A stretch of DNA of 64,000 nt from Torpedo marmorata (GCA_977017645.1 CDRNVU010000372.1:1-64000); one strand, 5' to 3'; numbered from the stretch's first letter, positions 50,076-64,000 are shown. Notes: generated from the letters alone by a model not told the origin. A program made the numbers and translations.

Positions 50076-50995
50076 CTCTGTATCCTTGCTCTCATGCTGC
50101 CCTTGCTAGGTGCTAATTGTTCTCACTTGTTTCTGCAATTCCATCATCTATAAATTGTGTTCTGTACATGTCAGTATGAAATGTTAAGGATAACATTGTA
50201 CAGGTCTCACTCTTCTTGATATTTTGTGATAAATTTAAACAAAACTAAAGATGCCTGGATCAAAATAAATGGAAAAAAAAGGAATATAGTCCCAGCAATA
50301 CACTTTATTTTACAGGATCCTGTCTAAATATACTGATAAAGAAAAACACGTTTATTTTTCTCAGTTCACCAATTAGCTTTGGGAGACAGCATTACCTTTA
50401 TCCAAAATCCCACTAAACGTTCGGGAACATCTCCTGTGAACCAACTTCTTACTGCGAGGTAAGTGCAGGGTTACTGTTCAATGTCAAAGTGACATAGCCT
50501 CATTGAAAGTCTCACCAACACAGGTCCACCTCAGCTCATGGAGCCGCGTCTATTTGTTATTAATATCTTATCCCGTGAAATGTATACTGCTGACATTTGC
50601 CAATCTATGCACTTGTTTTTTTTTCCCCCAAGTCAAAGTAAAACAAAGTTGAAACACTGGTCATACAATTTGCTGAAATACCGAATAAAATGCTTCTTGT
50701 TTTTCCCCCTGTCATTGGTTCACGTCACTAAACTCAAATCCTCTGTCATTTAGTGGGTGGGAGAGAACGTTCTCCTGAACAGATAAACAATTAAGAGGTA
50801 AAGCATCCAGGAGCACGTTAGGAAGTGAATAATCGTGCCGTCCATAATGATAAAATCACTGCATTCATTAAGTTCAGAACACTTTGTTTTTATCTCTTTA
50901 AACGTAATTAATATCACACCATCAACAAAACGTCTTCAATATATGCATAGATCCCCCAGCCGTCTTGGACCCCACCATACCGCTGGATCCGTGAA

Positions 50996-51163
50996 TGTCA
51001 TGTTTTCTATGTTAAGAAATACACTGCAGACAAAGGCATGATGCTTCGTTAGTCGTTTAATACAAATCTGAAAATGGTTCTCCCGCCACACACAGGATAT
51101 ATCAGTCAGAACGTCATCACGTTGACGTGATGATGTCATACGCCTGTAGGCGTATACATAACA
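50996..51163 (-). mobile_element. Gypsy 3' LTR (168 bp)
   Basis: tgtcatgt...acataaca inverted termini, adjacent to a PPT (ctcttccccccc on +). Confidence 0.8.
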
Positions 51164-54100
51164 CTCTTCCCCCCCATAAAATAAATGTTTGTATAATTAT
51201 ATATATATATATATAAATAAGTAAACAGAAAAGCACACTACTCACATGTGCCCGACAAGCTTGTTTCGTGGATCTTTCCACTCTTCATATATATATGTGT
51301 GCAGTATTTATAATAAACTGCAATACCTATGTGTGGGTGCAGTATTTAAGCGTATAAAAATGATAAAATGTTAAGTTACTGAACATAGTCTGGCGGACGT
51401 TTTTCCCGTTTTGATCGTCTCAGAGAGGTCGACTCTGTCGGAATATTTTGCAGACTCTTCGCCTTTTGGGGTGGTACCTCGGTTGGTGGCAAGGACTGTG
51501 AACTTGATCTTTGGTGAACCTCACTCGGCTGTTGTATAGGACTGGGTTGTTGAAGAGGACTGGTCTGTTGAGGGCCTCTTGGTTGAGGAGGGGTCTGTTG
51601 AGGGCTACTTGGTTGAGAAGGGATCTCCCTTCTCACGGATATTTCTGGAGCCCAGGGAATTTCATCTGGAAGCTCATCAGGATCTTGAGCCGAAGGCATG
51701 GCCATAGGATCATCTACTGCTCTTAACTGGTCGATGTGTCATTTCCATATTTTAGTTCCCACCAGTATAGAATAAGAACAGGGACTTAGGTTTTTAAGAA
51801 TAACCCCTCTTATCCACGGCTCTTTGGAGTCTCGGTAATCCCGTACCAGTACTCGCTCTCCCACTTCTAGAGATCTGGTAGGTTTACTTGGAGACGTGGA
51901 TTGCTGTATGCGAAGGCCGATGTTCGGATGTACTGTGGAAAGTCTTGTTCTTAAGTTACATCCAAACATTAATTCAGTCGGTGTTCTTTTGGTTGTAGAG
52001 TGCGGCGTGTTTCTATATCCTAATAGGAAATCTGTGATTTTGTGATTCCATGATGCGTTTAGGAGTTTTTTAGTTTTCATGGCTTTTTTGAAAGTCTGCA
52101 CAAAACATTCAGCTTCTCCATTAGTGCTGGGGTGGTAGGGTGCAGATAAGACATGTCATATATTATTATTATGTAGGAATACTTTAAAAGCATCCGATAC
52201 AAACTGTGGACCATTATCGGAAACAAGTTCAATAGGCAATCCATATAACGCAAATATACTTCGTAGTCTTTCAATGGTTTGGTCTGTTGTTGTTTTTTTC
52301 ATGTGGGATACCACTGGCCATTTAGAGTGTGCATCGACAACAATGAGGAAGTTTTCTCCCATAAATGGACCAGCGAAATCGATGTGAATTCTGTGCCATG
52401 GTTGCGATGGCCATTTCCATGGATTAGCTTTGGGTTGCATGTCTTGACAAATGCCACATCTTCTTACTGTTTGTTCAATATCAATGCCTATTGAGGGCTA
52501 CCAGACATGCATACGTGCCAATGCCTTCATCTGAACCATCCCGGGGTGGTTGTTATGGAGTTCGGATAACAAGGCCGTCTGCCATTTTGTAGGGATGATT
52601 GTTCTGGTTCCCCACAATAAACAACCTTCTTCAATTGATATCTCCTGCCGTCGTGTATAATAAGGTCTTAGCTCTTCAGAAATAGCTTCGGCCTCGGGCC
52701 ATCCATTTAATGTGAAGTACAGGACTATTGATAGTGTAGCTTCTTTCCGTACCTCTCTGCTGATCGTCTTTGCCATAATTGGTAAGCGGTGAAGTTGTTT
52801 TTGATTAATAGCTGTAGCTTCCGCCGTCCATTTAATTATCTCGTCTTTTTGTTCAGTTTCTGGTAGCGGTAAGTGAGACAGAGCATCAGCATGGTTGTTT
52901 TGTGTTGCTGGTTTATGTTTCAAATCGTAATTATACGCGGCGAGCATCATGGCCCACCTTTGAATTCTTGTTGCACTGGTATCCCCTTTTTAGGGCCTAG
53001 AATCAAACTTAGTGGTTTGTTGCCTGTTACTAAGGTAAATTTCCTGCCATATAAGTATTGGTGGAATCGTTTGACAGCAAATATTATGGCCAGCCCTTCT
53101 TTTTCCAGTTGTGCATAATTACGTTCACAAGGCGTCAAAGACCGAGAGGCATAAGCAACCGGTTGTTCTCCTTTTTCTGTTATCTGTGACAACACTGCTC
53201 CTAATCATACTGGTGAAGCATCCACCGCAAGAGTCAGTTCTTTTCCTGGGTGATAGTGGACGAGAACATTGTCGCATGACATTAATAGTTCTTTTAAGCG
53301 ATCCACCACGTGACTAGTCTCTTCATTCCAGCACCATTTTTGGTCTTTTGTCAATAATTGGTTAAGAGGGCTGCATAGAGTTGACATATTTGGGATGTGC
53401 TTTCTATAATGGTTAACCAAACCCAGGAACGACTGCAATTCGGCGAGATTTGTGGGATAGGGTGCTCTGCAGACAGCTTCGGTACCTGCGGTGTCCATTC
53501 GGACTCCTTCACTGTTAATTGTAAAGCCTAAATATGTTATGGAAGGTACCATAAATACACACTTGCCTCGGCGCAGATGGACGTTTGCTTGTTGCAATCG
53601 CGTTAGGACTTTTTCTAGGTTGGATAGGTGTTCAGCGTCGTCCTGGCCTGTAATTATAATGTCATCGAGGTAACATCCTACATTAATGCCATGTAATAAT
53701 TTGTCCATGGTTGCTTGAAATATTGCCAGGGCTGCTGATATTCCATATGGCATTCGGGTATAGGTGAATAACCCTAAGTGAGTATTGATTGCCACATATT
53801 TCTTTGAGTCTTCATCCAGTTCTATTTGCTGGTATGCTTGTGATAAGTCCAGCTTTGTAAATTTCTTTCCTCCGTTCAGGGCTTGGAATAATTCTTCTGC
53901 TTTAGGCATAGGATGTTCCGGTATTTGCAACGCTTGGTTAATGGTGACTTTGTAGTCACCGCAAATTCGGATTTCTCCGTTGGCTTTGCGCACTGGCACG
54001 ATGGGTGCTGACCGATCGCTGTATTGGATTCTTTCCAGTATTCCGTCTTTTTCCAATCTCTGGAGTTCTGATTCAATTTTTTCTTTTACTGTTCTGGGTT

Positions 54101-54197
54101 TAAAGAACTTTGGTTCCACCTCTGACTTCAGGTGTAATTTTGCCTGGACTCCTTGGATTTTTCCCAGGTTTTTTTCGAATACCGTCTTGTATTTCTT

Positions 54198-57100
54198 TTT
54201 TTAAAAATATTTTATTTAAAATTTTTAATCACAAAATACATAAAATAGAATATAAAATATCAAATTATTTGTGATACATTTTCCCCCCCTCTCCCTCCCT
54301 CCCCTCCCCAACCCCCCCATCCCCACTAATCTAATAAAAATAAAAAGTAAAAATAGAAAAAAGAAAAAGATAGAGTAAGGGGAATGCCATCTATAAACTA
54401 ATTCTATTGTGGAGGACAAGCATGCCAGTAGATCCGATATCCAGAGATCATCAAATCCTTAAGCCCACAGCTTTCATATATGGGCTCCAAATTTTTAAGA
54501 AAAAATGGTATTTATTATGTAAATTATAGGTAATTTTTTCAAGTGGTATACACGAACGAAGTTCTGCATGCCATCTTTCTAATCCTAAATCTAAATCAGA
54601 TTTCCAAGTAATAGCAATGCATTTTTTTTGAAACAGCTAAAGCAATTCGCAAAAATTCTACTTGATACATATTTAATTTCTTCTTAATGCTAAATTTTCT
54701 AATATCTCCAAATAAAAATATCATAGGATCCATTGGAATTATAATTTTAAATACTTTATCTAAAAAATTCTTAACTTTCAACCAAAAATCATAAACTTTT
54801 GGACAAAACCAAGTAGAATGTACAAAAGAACCTTCCTCTTTATTACATCTAAAACATAAACCTGATAATGTTGGATTAAATTTCTTTAATTTTTAGGTGT
54901 TAAATATAGTTGATGAAAAAAATTATACTGTACTAATCTGTATCTAACATTAATTATCTTCGTCATACTAAGTTTACATAATTCTTTCCAATGATTTTCA
55001 TCTATTCTTACATTCAAATCTGATTCCCATTTTAATCTTGATTTATGTAATCCTATTTTAGGCAATTTCCTCTGTAATAATTTATACATTTGAGAAATAA
55101 ATTTATTAACATCTCCATTAGTAACTAATAATTCTAATTCATTTTGTCTTGTTAAAATCAAAGCATAACCTAATTTCTCAATCAAAAAAGCTCTACTTTG
55201 ATAATAAGCAAAAAGTGTATTGTCTTATATATTAAATTTATCTTTCATTCTTTGAAAAGTAATAAATTTCCCAGCTTCAAAACAATCATTAATCTTCTTA
55301 ATTCCTTTTTGAAACCAAATTTTAAATAATTGATTATTAATAGTAAATGGAATAAGTCCATTTTAGTATAAAGCCATCCTTGAAGAAATCAATCCTTTTC
55401 CACCTATTTCCTTATCCGTCTTATTCCATATTTCTAACAAGTGTTTAAAATAGGCGAATTTTTCTTTTTTGTTGATATTAATTTAGAATCCCATTTATAA
55501 ATGATTTATTCTTTGGAGTCATCACCTATATTATTTAATTCTATTTTAGTCCAAGCAGGAGATTTAGTTGAATCAAAAAATTCATTAACAAATTTTAATT
55601 GAGCTGCTTTATAATAATTTTGAAAATTAGGAAGTTGTAAGCCACCCATTTCATAATTCCAAGTTAATTTTTCCATACCTACTCTTGCTAACTTTCCTTT
55701 CCATAAAAATTTCCTAATAATTGAGTTTAAATCTTTAAAAATTTTTGAGGAATTCCATAAGGAATTGATTGAAAAAGATATTGAATTCTTGGTAAAACAT
55801 TCATTTTAATACAGTTTACTCTTCCCATTCTTTACTCTTCAGAATCTTTCCAATTCTCTAAATCTTTCTTTATTTTCACAAATAATGGTAAGTAATTTAA
55901 TTTATATAAATTATCCAATTTTGTATCAACCCTTACTCCCAAATATTTAATTCCCTCCTTTGCCCATTTAAATTGTGTAATTTCTTTACATCTACTATAA
56001 TCCCCTTGAGATAATGCCATAATTTTACTTTTATCAGAATTAATTTTATATCCCGATATTTCCCCATATTCTCTCAATAAAATAGACAATTGTACTAAAG
56101 ATGTAATAGATTTTGTCATATATATCATCATCTGCAAACAAACTAATTTTATGTTCTTCCGTGCCAACTTTAATACCAACTATTTTAGGATCTTTTCTAA
56201 CTAATTCAGCCAAAGGTTCTATCGCCAAAATAAATAATGCTGGTGACAGAGGACATCCCTGTCTAGTAGATCGAGTCAAAGGAAATTTTGAAGAAATTTG
56301 TCCATTTGTAATTACTTTTGCAGATGGGTCTTTATATATAGTTTTATACCGTTGATAAATATATTTCCAAAACCAAATTTTTCCAGTACCTTAAATAAAA
56401 AATTCCATTCTAATCTATCAAAAGCCTTTTCAGCATCTAATGTTAAAACTAATGGTAAATCTTCCTTCTTTTTATGTAAATTAATTAGACTAATCAATCT
56501 AGCTATATTATCTTTTGAATATCTATTTTTAATAAAACCAGCTTGATCTACATGAATTAAATCTGGTAAATAATTAGCCATTCTATTTGCTAAAATTTTT
56601 GCCATTATTTTATAATCTACATTTAATAATGAAATAGGTCTGTAGGATTCAGTTTTTAATATATCCCTATCCTTCTTTGGTATAACTGTAATTATTTCAT
56701 TTAAAAAAGAATCCGGTAATGAGTGAGTTTCCGTAATTTGATGCAATACTTCCATATATGGAGGTATTAATAAATCTTTGAACTCTTTATAAAATTCTGA
56801 TGGAAACCCATTTTCACCTGGAGACTTACCACTCTTTAATGAAGAAAGAACTTCATTAACTTCCCTCATTGTAAAAGATAAATCTAAAAAGTCTCTACTT
56901 TGAGTATTCAATTTAGGTAATGTAATTTTGGATAGAAATCTAGTAATTTTAGAATCATCTTGATCAATCTGAGATTTATATAAATTCAAATAATAATCTT
57001 TAAAAGAATCATTTATTTCTTGAGGTTTATAAGTTATCTCTCCAGAATTTTTTTTTCTTTATAGCATTTATGGTTCTAGAAATTTGATCTTTTTTAATTG

Positions 57101-60042
57101 CCATGCCAAAACTTTATGAGCTCTTTCCCCTAATTCATAGTATCTTTGTTTAGTTTTCTCAATTAATTTTTCCATTTTATATGTTTGTAATAAATTATAA
57201 TGTAATTTCTTCCCTATTAAATGATTTCTTTTTTGAATTGATCTGTTTTTCTGTAAATCTTTTTCCAAACATTCAATCTCCTTCTCAAGTTTTTCTACTT
57301 CCTTAAGATAATCTTTCTTAATTTTTACTGAATAACATTATTTGACCCCTTAAATAAGCTTTTAAAGCTTCCCAAATAATGAATTTATTATCAATAGAAT
57401 TAGTATTTATTCGCAAAAATTCCTGAATTTCCCTTCTCATATATTCACAAAAATCTTTCCTTTTTAACAAAGATGAATTAAATCTCCAGTTATATACAGT
57501 TTTTTCTTTTTCTGGAATTATACAAGATATTAATAACGGTGAATGATCAGAAATTATTCTCGCTTTATAGGATGCTTGCGTTATTCTATCTTGAACTTGA
57601 GAGGACAATAAAAAATAAATCTATCCTAGAATATGAATCATGTCTAAAAGAATAAAAAGAATAATCTTTTTCCCTAGGGTTCAATTTCCTCCAAATATCT
57701 ATTAAATTTAAATCTTTCATCAAAGTAAGAACTCTTTTAACAATTTTAGCTTTAACAGGCGATCTTGAAGTTTTATCCATTATTGAATCTAAATAACAGT
57801 TAAAGTCTCCCCCAATTAAAATATTCTCATTAGCTTCTGACAAATGTAAAAAAGCATCCTGAATAAATTGCTCATCATCTACATTTGACACATATAAATT
57901 CATAAGTGTCCAAAATTCTGAATAAATCTGACAGTGTATCAAAACATACCTTCCTGCCACATCTATAACTACCAATTGTATCTTAAAAGGTAACTTTTTA
58001 TTAACTAATATAGCTACCCCTCTTGCTTTAGAATTAAATGAAGAAGCCACCACTTGACCAACCCATTCTCTTTTTAATTTTTGATGTTCCGAATCTATCA
58101 AAAGGGTCTCCTGTAAAAAAGCTATATCTACATTCAACTTTTTAATATATGCTAGGGTTCTCTTTCTTTTAATCGGATTATTAAAACCATTTATATTAAT
58201 ACTTACTAAATTTATATTCTTACTATCCATCATAATTAAATTCTATCAAATCTCTTTCAGTCAAATCTACTAGCTTTTTCCTCCAAAGTTGTAAACTATT
58301 TGGCATCCCCTTAGATAAAATAAAGAAAAATAGGAAAAAAAATAAAAAAGATAACCCCAATGAATAAAATACTGGTACAATTACCCCAGTATTACCCTCC
58401 TCCATTGCTCGAGAAGTGGCTCTCGCCACTAAAGTGGTGTATGACTAGGAAGAAGAGACAAAAAGTCCACCTCCCCCCAACAGATTTACAAAACGTTATT
58501 AATCATAACTTCATTTAACTGATCCAATGTCCAAATCATCTTGATCTTCTTCAATCTGGACTAAAATCTTCTCCTCTCTTTGTAAGGAACTTGGTGAAGA
58601 AACTTGCATTGGCAAACCCTCTTGATCTTGTTGACGAACGTTTCCTCCTTGATCTTTAAACAAATAAGGAAGAGTTTGCGCATGCTTATACGCTTGTTGG
58701 GGATCCATAAACAAAATAAAATGATCTCCTTGACTTTGAATTCTCAAAGCCGCAGGATACTTAAAGGAAATTTTATATCCTTTTTGCCAAAGAATTGCTT
58801 TTGTTGAGTTAAATTCTTTCCGACTTTTAACTATCGCCGGACTTAAATCTGGATAGAAGAGCACTCTGCTTCCATCAATCATCAGTGGAGATCTATTTTC
58901 TCTTGCATTTTGAATAGCTGCTCTTAATATTCTTTCTCTATCTTGGTATCTGAGACATTTCATCAAAACTGGATGTGGTCTTTGATCTATCGACTGATTT
59001 CACCTCCCGATTCTATGTGCTCTTTCCAACTCCACTGGCTTATCGAAAGAAAAAACCTGCATAAGCCAATTTTGAAAAAATTCGGTTACGTCTTGTTTCT
59101 CAACATTTTCAGGAAGTGCTAATATTTTTATATTATTTCTTCGGCTTTGATTTTCCAGTTGATCCAATTTTTGTAAAAGTTGATTTCTTTGTTGTTCCCA
59201 ACCTGTGAATGAATCATCTATTTTATCAACTCTATCCTTATAATCCACCAAGTCGTCATAATTATTTTTAACTGCTTCTTCAATTTTTTGAACTTTAAGT
59301 TCCACTTTACTCACAGTACTTTTCAAACTTCTGATATCTTGTTTCGCCTCTTTAAATTCTTGTTCCACTGAATTAAATCTAACTTCAATATATGATTCTA
59401 ATTTTGTAATGGCCTGAAGTATTTGTTGCTGATTTGCTTTTATTGACATAAATTCCTTAGCTGGGTCTTCAGAATATACTTCAAATTCTTCTATCTCTTG
59501 TTCTGAGATCTGTTGCATTTCCTTATCCTTTCCTTCTGATTCTGACGATGTATCTTGCTCCCCAGCATATAGTAGCGTCTGTGGAGCATCTCTTCTACTG
59601 GCAAACTCATCTGATAATGCTTGTTGTCTTTCGCGCATGCGCATCGTTTCGCGCATGCACGGTTGTTCCATCACTGTTCTTGTAGTTTTTCTTCGAGCGC
59701 CGGCGCCATCTTCCCCAGCTCCCTGGGAGAGTAGCGCTGGCACTGCAGTCTCTCCCGACGTCCTTGTATGCTGCGATTTCGGCAGAGGCATTACCTGAGG
59801 TCCAGGCTCCAACAGACAGGTAGGCCGCTTTTCTTCGTGAAGTAAAGTTGATTGTATCATGATTTTCTTTGTTTTTTGTTCCTTCGTTTTCCTAGAGGCC
59901 ATTACTAAGTAACTAAAAATAAGTTTCAGACTTTTCTTAGATTACATGAAGTTATTTAAAAAGGCTTCTTAATTTAATCTGTGAGGAGAGGTGTATTCTC
60001 AGTCTTCCACCTACGCCATCAACCCCTCCCCCCCCCCCACTG
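54198..60042 (-). mobile_element. Full-length L1 (about 5.85 kb), decayed; 9-bp TSD gtatttctt
   Basis: ORF1 59902-58511 (coiled coil, LENQSRRNNIKI, ERAHR, FYPDLS, YPA), ORF2 from 58233 fragmented, poly(A); TSD at 54189-54197 / 60043-60051. Confidence 0.96.
58511..59902 (-). pseudogene. L1 ORF1p (Transposase_22-like), frame broken near 59000
   Basis: ORF track 59000-59902 and 58511-58966. Confidence 0.88.
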
Positions 60043-61579
60043 GTATTTCTTGAGAACTGGCTCAAGTTGTTGCTTGGCCTTATCTTGCTTGGCCTTATCT
60101 TCCAGGCCTAAGTTCATTATGGATCCAATTTCCATCCAGTCTAGTTGAATGTGTGACAGCCAGTTCCTCCCGAACAACCCCCTACTCACCTAAAATCCAT
60201 TCACGCAACACGCTGTTCCTTTCAACTGAAAGGAAACATCATCATCCTATGGGATGGATAGCCAGAAGAAGAAGAGATCTCTCACTATATATGTTCAATC
60301 GTGCTAGAATCCTGTGAACTGGTCACCTTGGCTGTATTTTGGTGTATATTGTGTTTTACCTACAGTGACATAACAGGATGGTTTCAGGTTGGTTTCTGGC
60401 TTGTGCTTCGTCGGCGTGATTAACAAACATTATGTGAGAGTTTTTGTTGAATTTCGCTGACTTGTTTTCCATTAACAGTAAATTCGTTGTTGTGCATTGT
60501 CTTTCGAAGATTTTTCCCCTTCCAATTCCAGAGTCTCCGTTTAACTTTCAGATGATGGAGTCACTTTTTTTGGTCATTTCCATCGGAAGAAGCAGAACTG
60601 GCACCTTGCGACAATAAACGCATTGGTATCCGTTTTGTTCTGGAACACTTCACGACGCATCCAGACTTTTAACACAGTTGCTTTCAGTAACACTCTCTGC
60701 ATCAAAGAACGGGGCCTTGGCAGTTCATGATGGAATGTCAATGTTTAAACACTTCCTTTTCTTATCTTTGATTGTCCGAAGCCGTTGGGTGACATTTACA
60801 ATGTAAAGCACTATATGTTTTGGCCCCCACACCCCCGCCTGTTTAAACTAACTTTAGAATTGTTTCCCCGATTTTGTTGCATCATTTCTGTTTTTACTGA
60901 TAATTGTTTCCCCTCCGTCCGCCAGGTTTGTCACTGTGTTCCATTGTTTTGGCCCTGATGTTAGTTTCCATGCAATGTTCCCTGCATCTGGAAGCGTTCC
61001 CATTGCTGCCTCTGTCTGAACTGTTCGCCAACGCCGTGCACAGGGCATAGCATCTGCATCTCGTTGCTGCAGAAACCTGCAAAGTTTTCGTACGTAGCGA
61101 ACCCTGGACACGACGTATGTTGAAAACGAAATAACCTTGATCAATTGGCCATTGTAGCGGATTCCTGCATCTCATTTGTGCTTTTAAATGTCAACGGGAA
61201 CGAAAATAAATCCCGGAAGAGCAACGCCATTGTCACAAGAGTTCACCTTCTGCTTTCTGTCAGTCTGAGACTATCCCTGCACCTACTGGAAAAGAAGGTG
61301 CCCAACAACGATCGGTATTTTTTAAAGAACTCGCAGAAAAACAATCAAAATTACAGCTTTAAATTTCGCTCCGCTCGTTCGTTCGTCGCTTTGTTAACGA
61401 TTCCTGCAGCCAATACACACAGTGACAGTTCCCAATGCAGCACATCTAAATAATTATCCCCAATCTTTGATTATGACAATTTGTGTGTCTAACTTTCGCC
61501 TAAAATTCAACGCGAAAATTCTTGTTTGCTCTTTGATTGTTGGTCAAAAATTAACTCTGAAAGAACTGGAGGACGTTGG

Positions 61580-61645
61580 AGTAAAACGCGAAAGTCTGCA
61601 GACACCGTGATTGAAGTAAAAACACAATGTTGGAGAAACTCAGAG
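61580..61645 (-). mobile_element. Penelope pLTR remnant
   Basis: Reverse complement of about 43560-43626. Confidence 0.7.
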
Positions 61646-62871
61646 GATGTTGGGCAAACGTGACAGGCGTGCGGGTAGAGAAATACAGATTTCTCCTTCC
61701 CGAGCATTTCCACTATTCTCTGTGGTCGTTGCAGCTTTCCGGCATCTGCGGTTTATTTCTTGTTTTCATTTCCATTAAAACAACTCTGACCTCATCTGTA
61801 TTTGTGGGGAAGTGTTGAACCCAACAAGTTAGTGATTCTGACTGCAGTCTAACTGCTCAGATTCAATCAGAACAAATTCTGTCTGAGGTGCAGGTGTTGA
61901 TGGAACATCCCGGAATGAATATTCAGCTTGTTTCGATGGTTTGTTGAGCCAATCTTGTAACAGAACCATCATTTACGTGCTCTTCTCTCTTTCACAGGAT
62001 AAGGAGCTGCTGTTGTTCTCGCTGCTTCTCATTCAGAGCTGCTTTAATCCAATGTAGAACAGTAGGGCTTTCAGGACCTCGGACAGAGTCTATGACAAAT
62101 TAAGGGACCTGGAAGTAAGACCGTACAATATTACCAGTATTCCCATCATAATACGTGTGGTAACGTTACACTTCAGGCAATACTCTAATTACGAAACATT
62201 AGTAATGGCCCAAATTTTGCTCTGATAGCGATGCGTAATAACTCCGTTGTCATCACTCGACGTAAAAGAGGGTCGAGGCTTTATGGCGCATAAAATTCAA
62301 CGCGAAATTCCCGTAGTAGCTGTTTCCAGTTTGGCGTCATTCACTTTTACAGTCTTCATTTAAGCCGAAATCATACCATTAGAGAAAAATCTATCCGCTT
62401 TGTCTGCTGGTTACGTTGCGAATACCATGAAAACCTTATTGTAATTTCCTCAGCTGCGCTAGCTTGTAATTGTTGACAGAGCCATAATTATTTATTAATA
62501 AACTTCCTGATCGAAAATACTGGAGCCAGATTTGTACATGTGTGCGTGTAATTTTCTTACATAAACATGTCGAAATATAAAGGACTGAACAATAAGAAGT
62601 GTTCACCCTTCAAATAAATTTACTTATATTTTGCCAATTTTAATTTTATGTGCGTATTCCAAACTTTGTTTAGCTATGAATATAAATTGTATTACTGGAT
62701 CTTTCATGAGTATTTAGTTAGATTGGCTGCTGGAACAACTTGATTATGCACAGGTGTTGGAAATTGTCACTGTAGCCAATGACAGTTGGCATCAGAAAAA
62801 TAAAGTTTCATGGGGGAAGCCTTTCTTCTGGTTCACCTTTGGATCCCTGCTGATTGCAAAATATGAGTAAT

Positions 62872-63810
62872 TGAAGGATGATTATAGTGACTTCAATCCA
62901 ACAAATAGTCACTTGGAGGCTAGGTGAGACACTTGTTCTTGACACGTTTAATTAATTTACTACCAAGTCCAATATGTTCAAAAAACTTTATTTACACACG
63001 TGACTTGCAGCAATCTTCAATGACTTAAATATCTTCTTTAAACAAAACATAAATAATTCTTGATAACGATGTCCAATAAATTCCTTTAAACGATTCCTTT
63101 GACTGTATTTAAATGTTCAATGAATTGACTTTAAAGACTTTAAACCATAAATGAAACGGTCAATGAAAGATATGGTGATCTCACTCACCCTCCTCTAAGC
63201 CGCCATCTTTTTCTATTCTTTTTCCCGATTCGCGCATGCTCAATGCGCATATTCCACCGCGCATACTCCACCACGCACACTCCACCGCGCACACTGCCGT
63301 CATTTCCCAACTGCGCATGCGCCCGTCGGCACTCCTGCACATGCGCAGTACTAACTAGGCCTAGCATGGCCTATCAAACACCGCAACTCCTCCGTAACCC
63401 GCCGAGACCATCGGAGCGGCGCGATCAAGGTAGGTAATTAAGCTTACGGCTCTTACACCGGCCTCTAATTATTATAATTAGACGCAATGTCTTAAATAAT
63501 AATTACACAATCAATTATAAATAACAATAACCATATAACAGTCAAACAATATACAAATCTTCTTTCTTCATAAGACCAAAGTTTACCATAACTCTGAATC
63601 AACAAAAGTCTGTACCTGTGAAGTATACAACAAATAAAGTCAGTTTGTATTTATCAAAGTTCTTCCGTCTCCAACAGAAGGCAGACCTTGTTAATAGGTC
63701 TATGTAGAAAGCCAGTCTTACTTTTAATTCGAACTTGACGCACAAGTCCCCTTTTGTCCTGAATAGTCTAAATAATTTTTTCAAGTAACCAGGAGTTTCT
63801 TGGAGTTGAA
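62872..63810 (-). mobile_element. Second, diverged copy of the BEL/Pao family: 3' LTR (62872-63457, shorter variant) plus internal 3' end
   Basis: Reverse complement starts tgtaagagccgtaag, ends ccttca; PPT and integrase C-terminal remnant match 28630-28988. Confidence 0.9.
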
Positions 63811-64000
63811 CCAAACAAAGATATTATGAATTAGGAGAAAGAGCGCATAAAGTTTTGGCATGGCAATTAAAAAAAGATCAAACTTCTAGAACTATAAATG
63901 CTATAAAAAAAAAATTCTAGGGAAATAACGTATAAACCTTGAGAAATAAATGATTATTTTAAAGACTATTATTTGAATTTATATAAATCTCAGATTGATC
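63811..64000 (+). mobile_element. L1 ORF2 fragment running off the right edge
   Basis: KQRYYELGERAHKVLAWQLKK, as in the other L1 copies. Confidence 0.88.

Larger units (their letters stand above)
51376..60180 (-). pseudogene. Ty3/Gypsy pol (protease end, RT, RNase H, integrase), frameshifted, split by L1; gag and 5' LTR absent
   Basis: LFGRNWL (about 60160), RICGDYK, LDLSQAY, MPYG, YLDD, VDAS, NYAQLEKE, LHNNHPG, HIDFAGP, SDNGPQF; PVLKKYKTVF restored across the L1. Confidence 0.92.

Noticed and set aside
51376-51705. Pro/Gln/Ser-rich ORF as an extra gene
   Set aside because: Ends in LRRSKREKRPPDY, the usual Gypsy integrase tail

Overview
Eukaryotic, repeat-dense vertebrate DNA. The repeat content (V-SINE/HE1-like SINEs, CR1, Rex1/Babar, Penelope, AT-rich L1) suggests a cartilaginous fish; this is inference. 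I could not identify an intact host protein-coding gene. In order: a 10.6 kb array of a 26-bp unit that appears to have grown from one arm of a hAT-like MITE; a decayed class I-like endogenous retrovirus 5' end (LTR piece, tRNA-Ser PBS, splice donor, gag with LYPxL/PSAP late domains) split by an L1; a two-LTR Copia element with a nested solo LTR; and a very young non-autonomous BEL/Pao element whose RT/RNaseH/integrase core is replaced by a coiled-coil ORF that appears to be a captured fragment of the host gene MIPOL1 (top finding). After these come many LINE/SINE fragments, a CpG island with 11 tandem CCAAT boxes, a Penelope element with a hammerhead-like motif, a Gypsy pol split by a full-length L1, and a second copy of the BEL family at the right edge. 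All family and homology calls come from reading motifs by eye and from recalled sequences; no searches were run.
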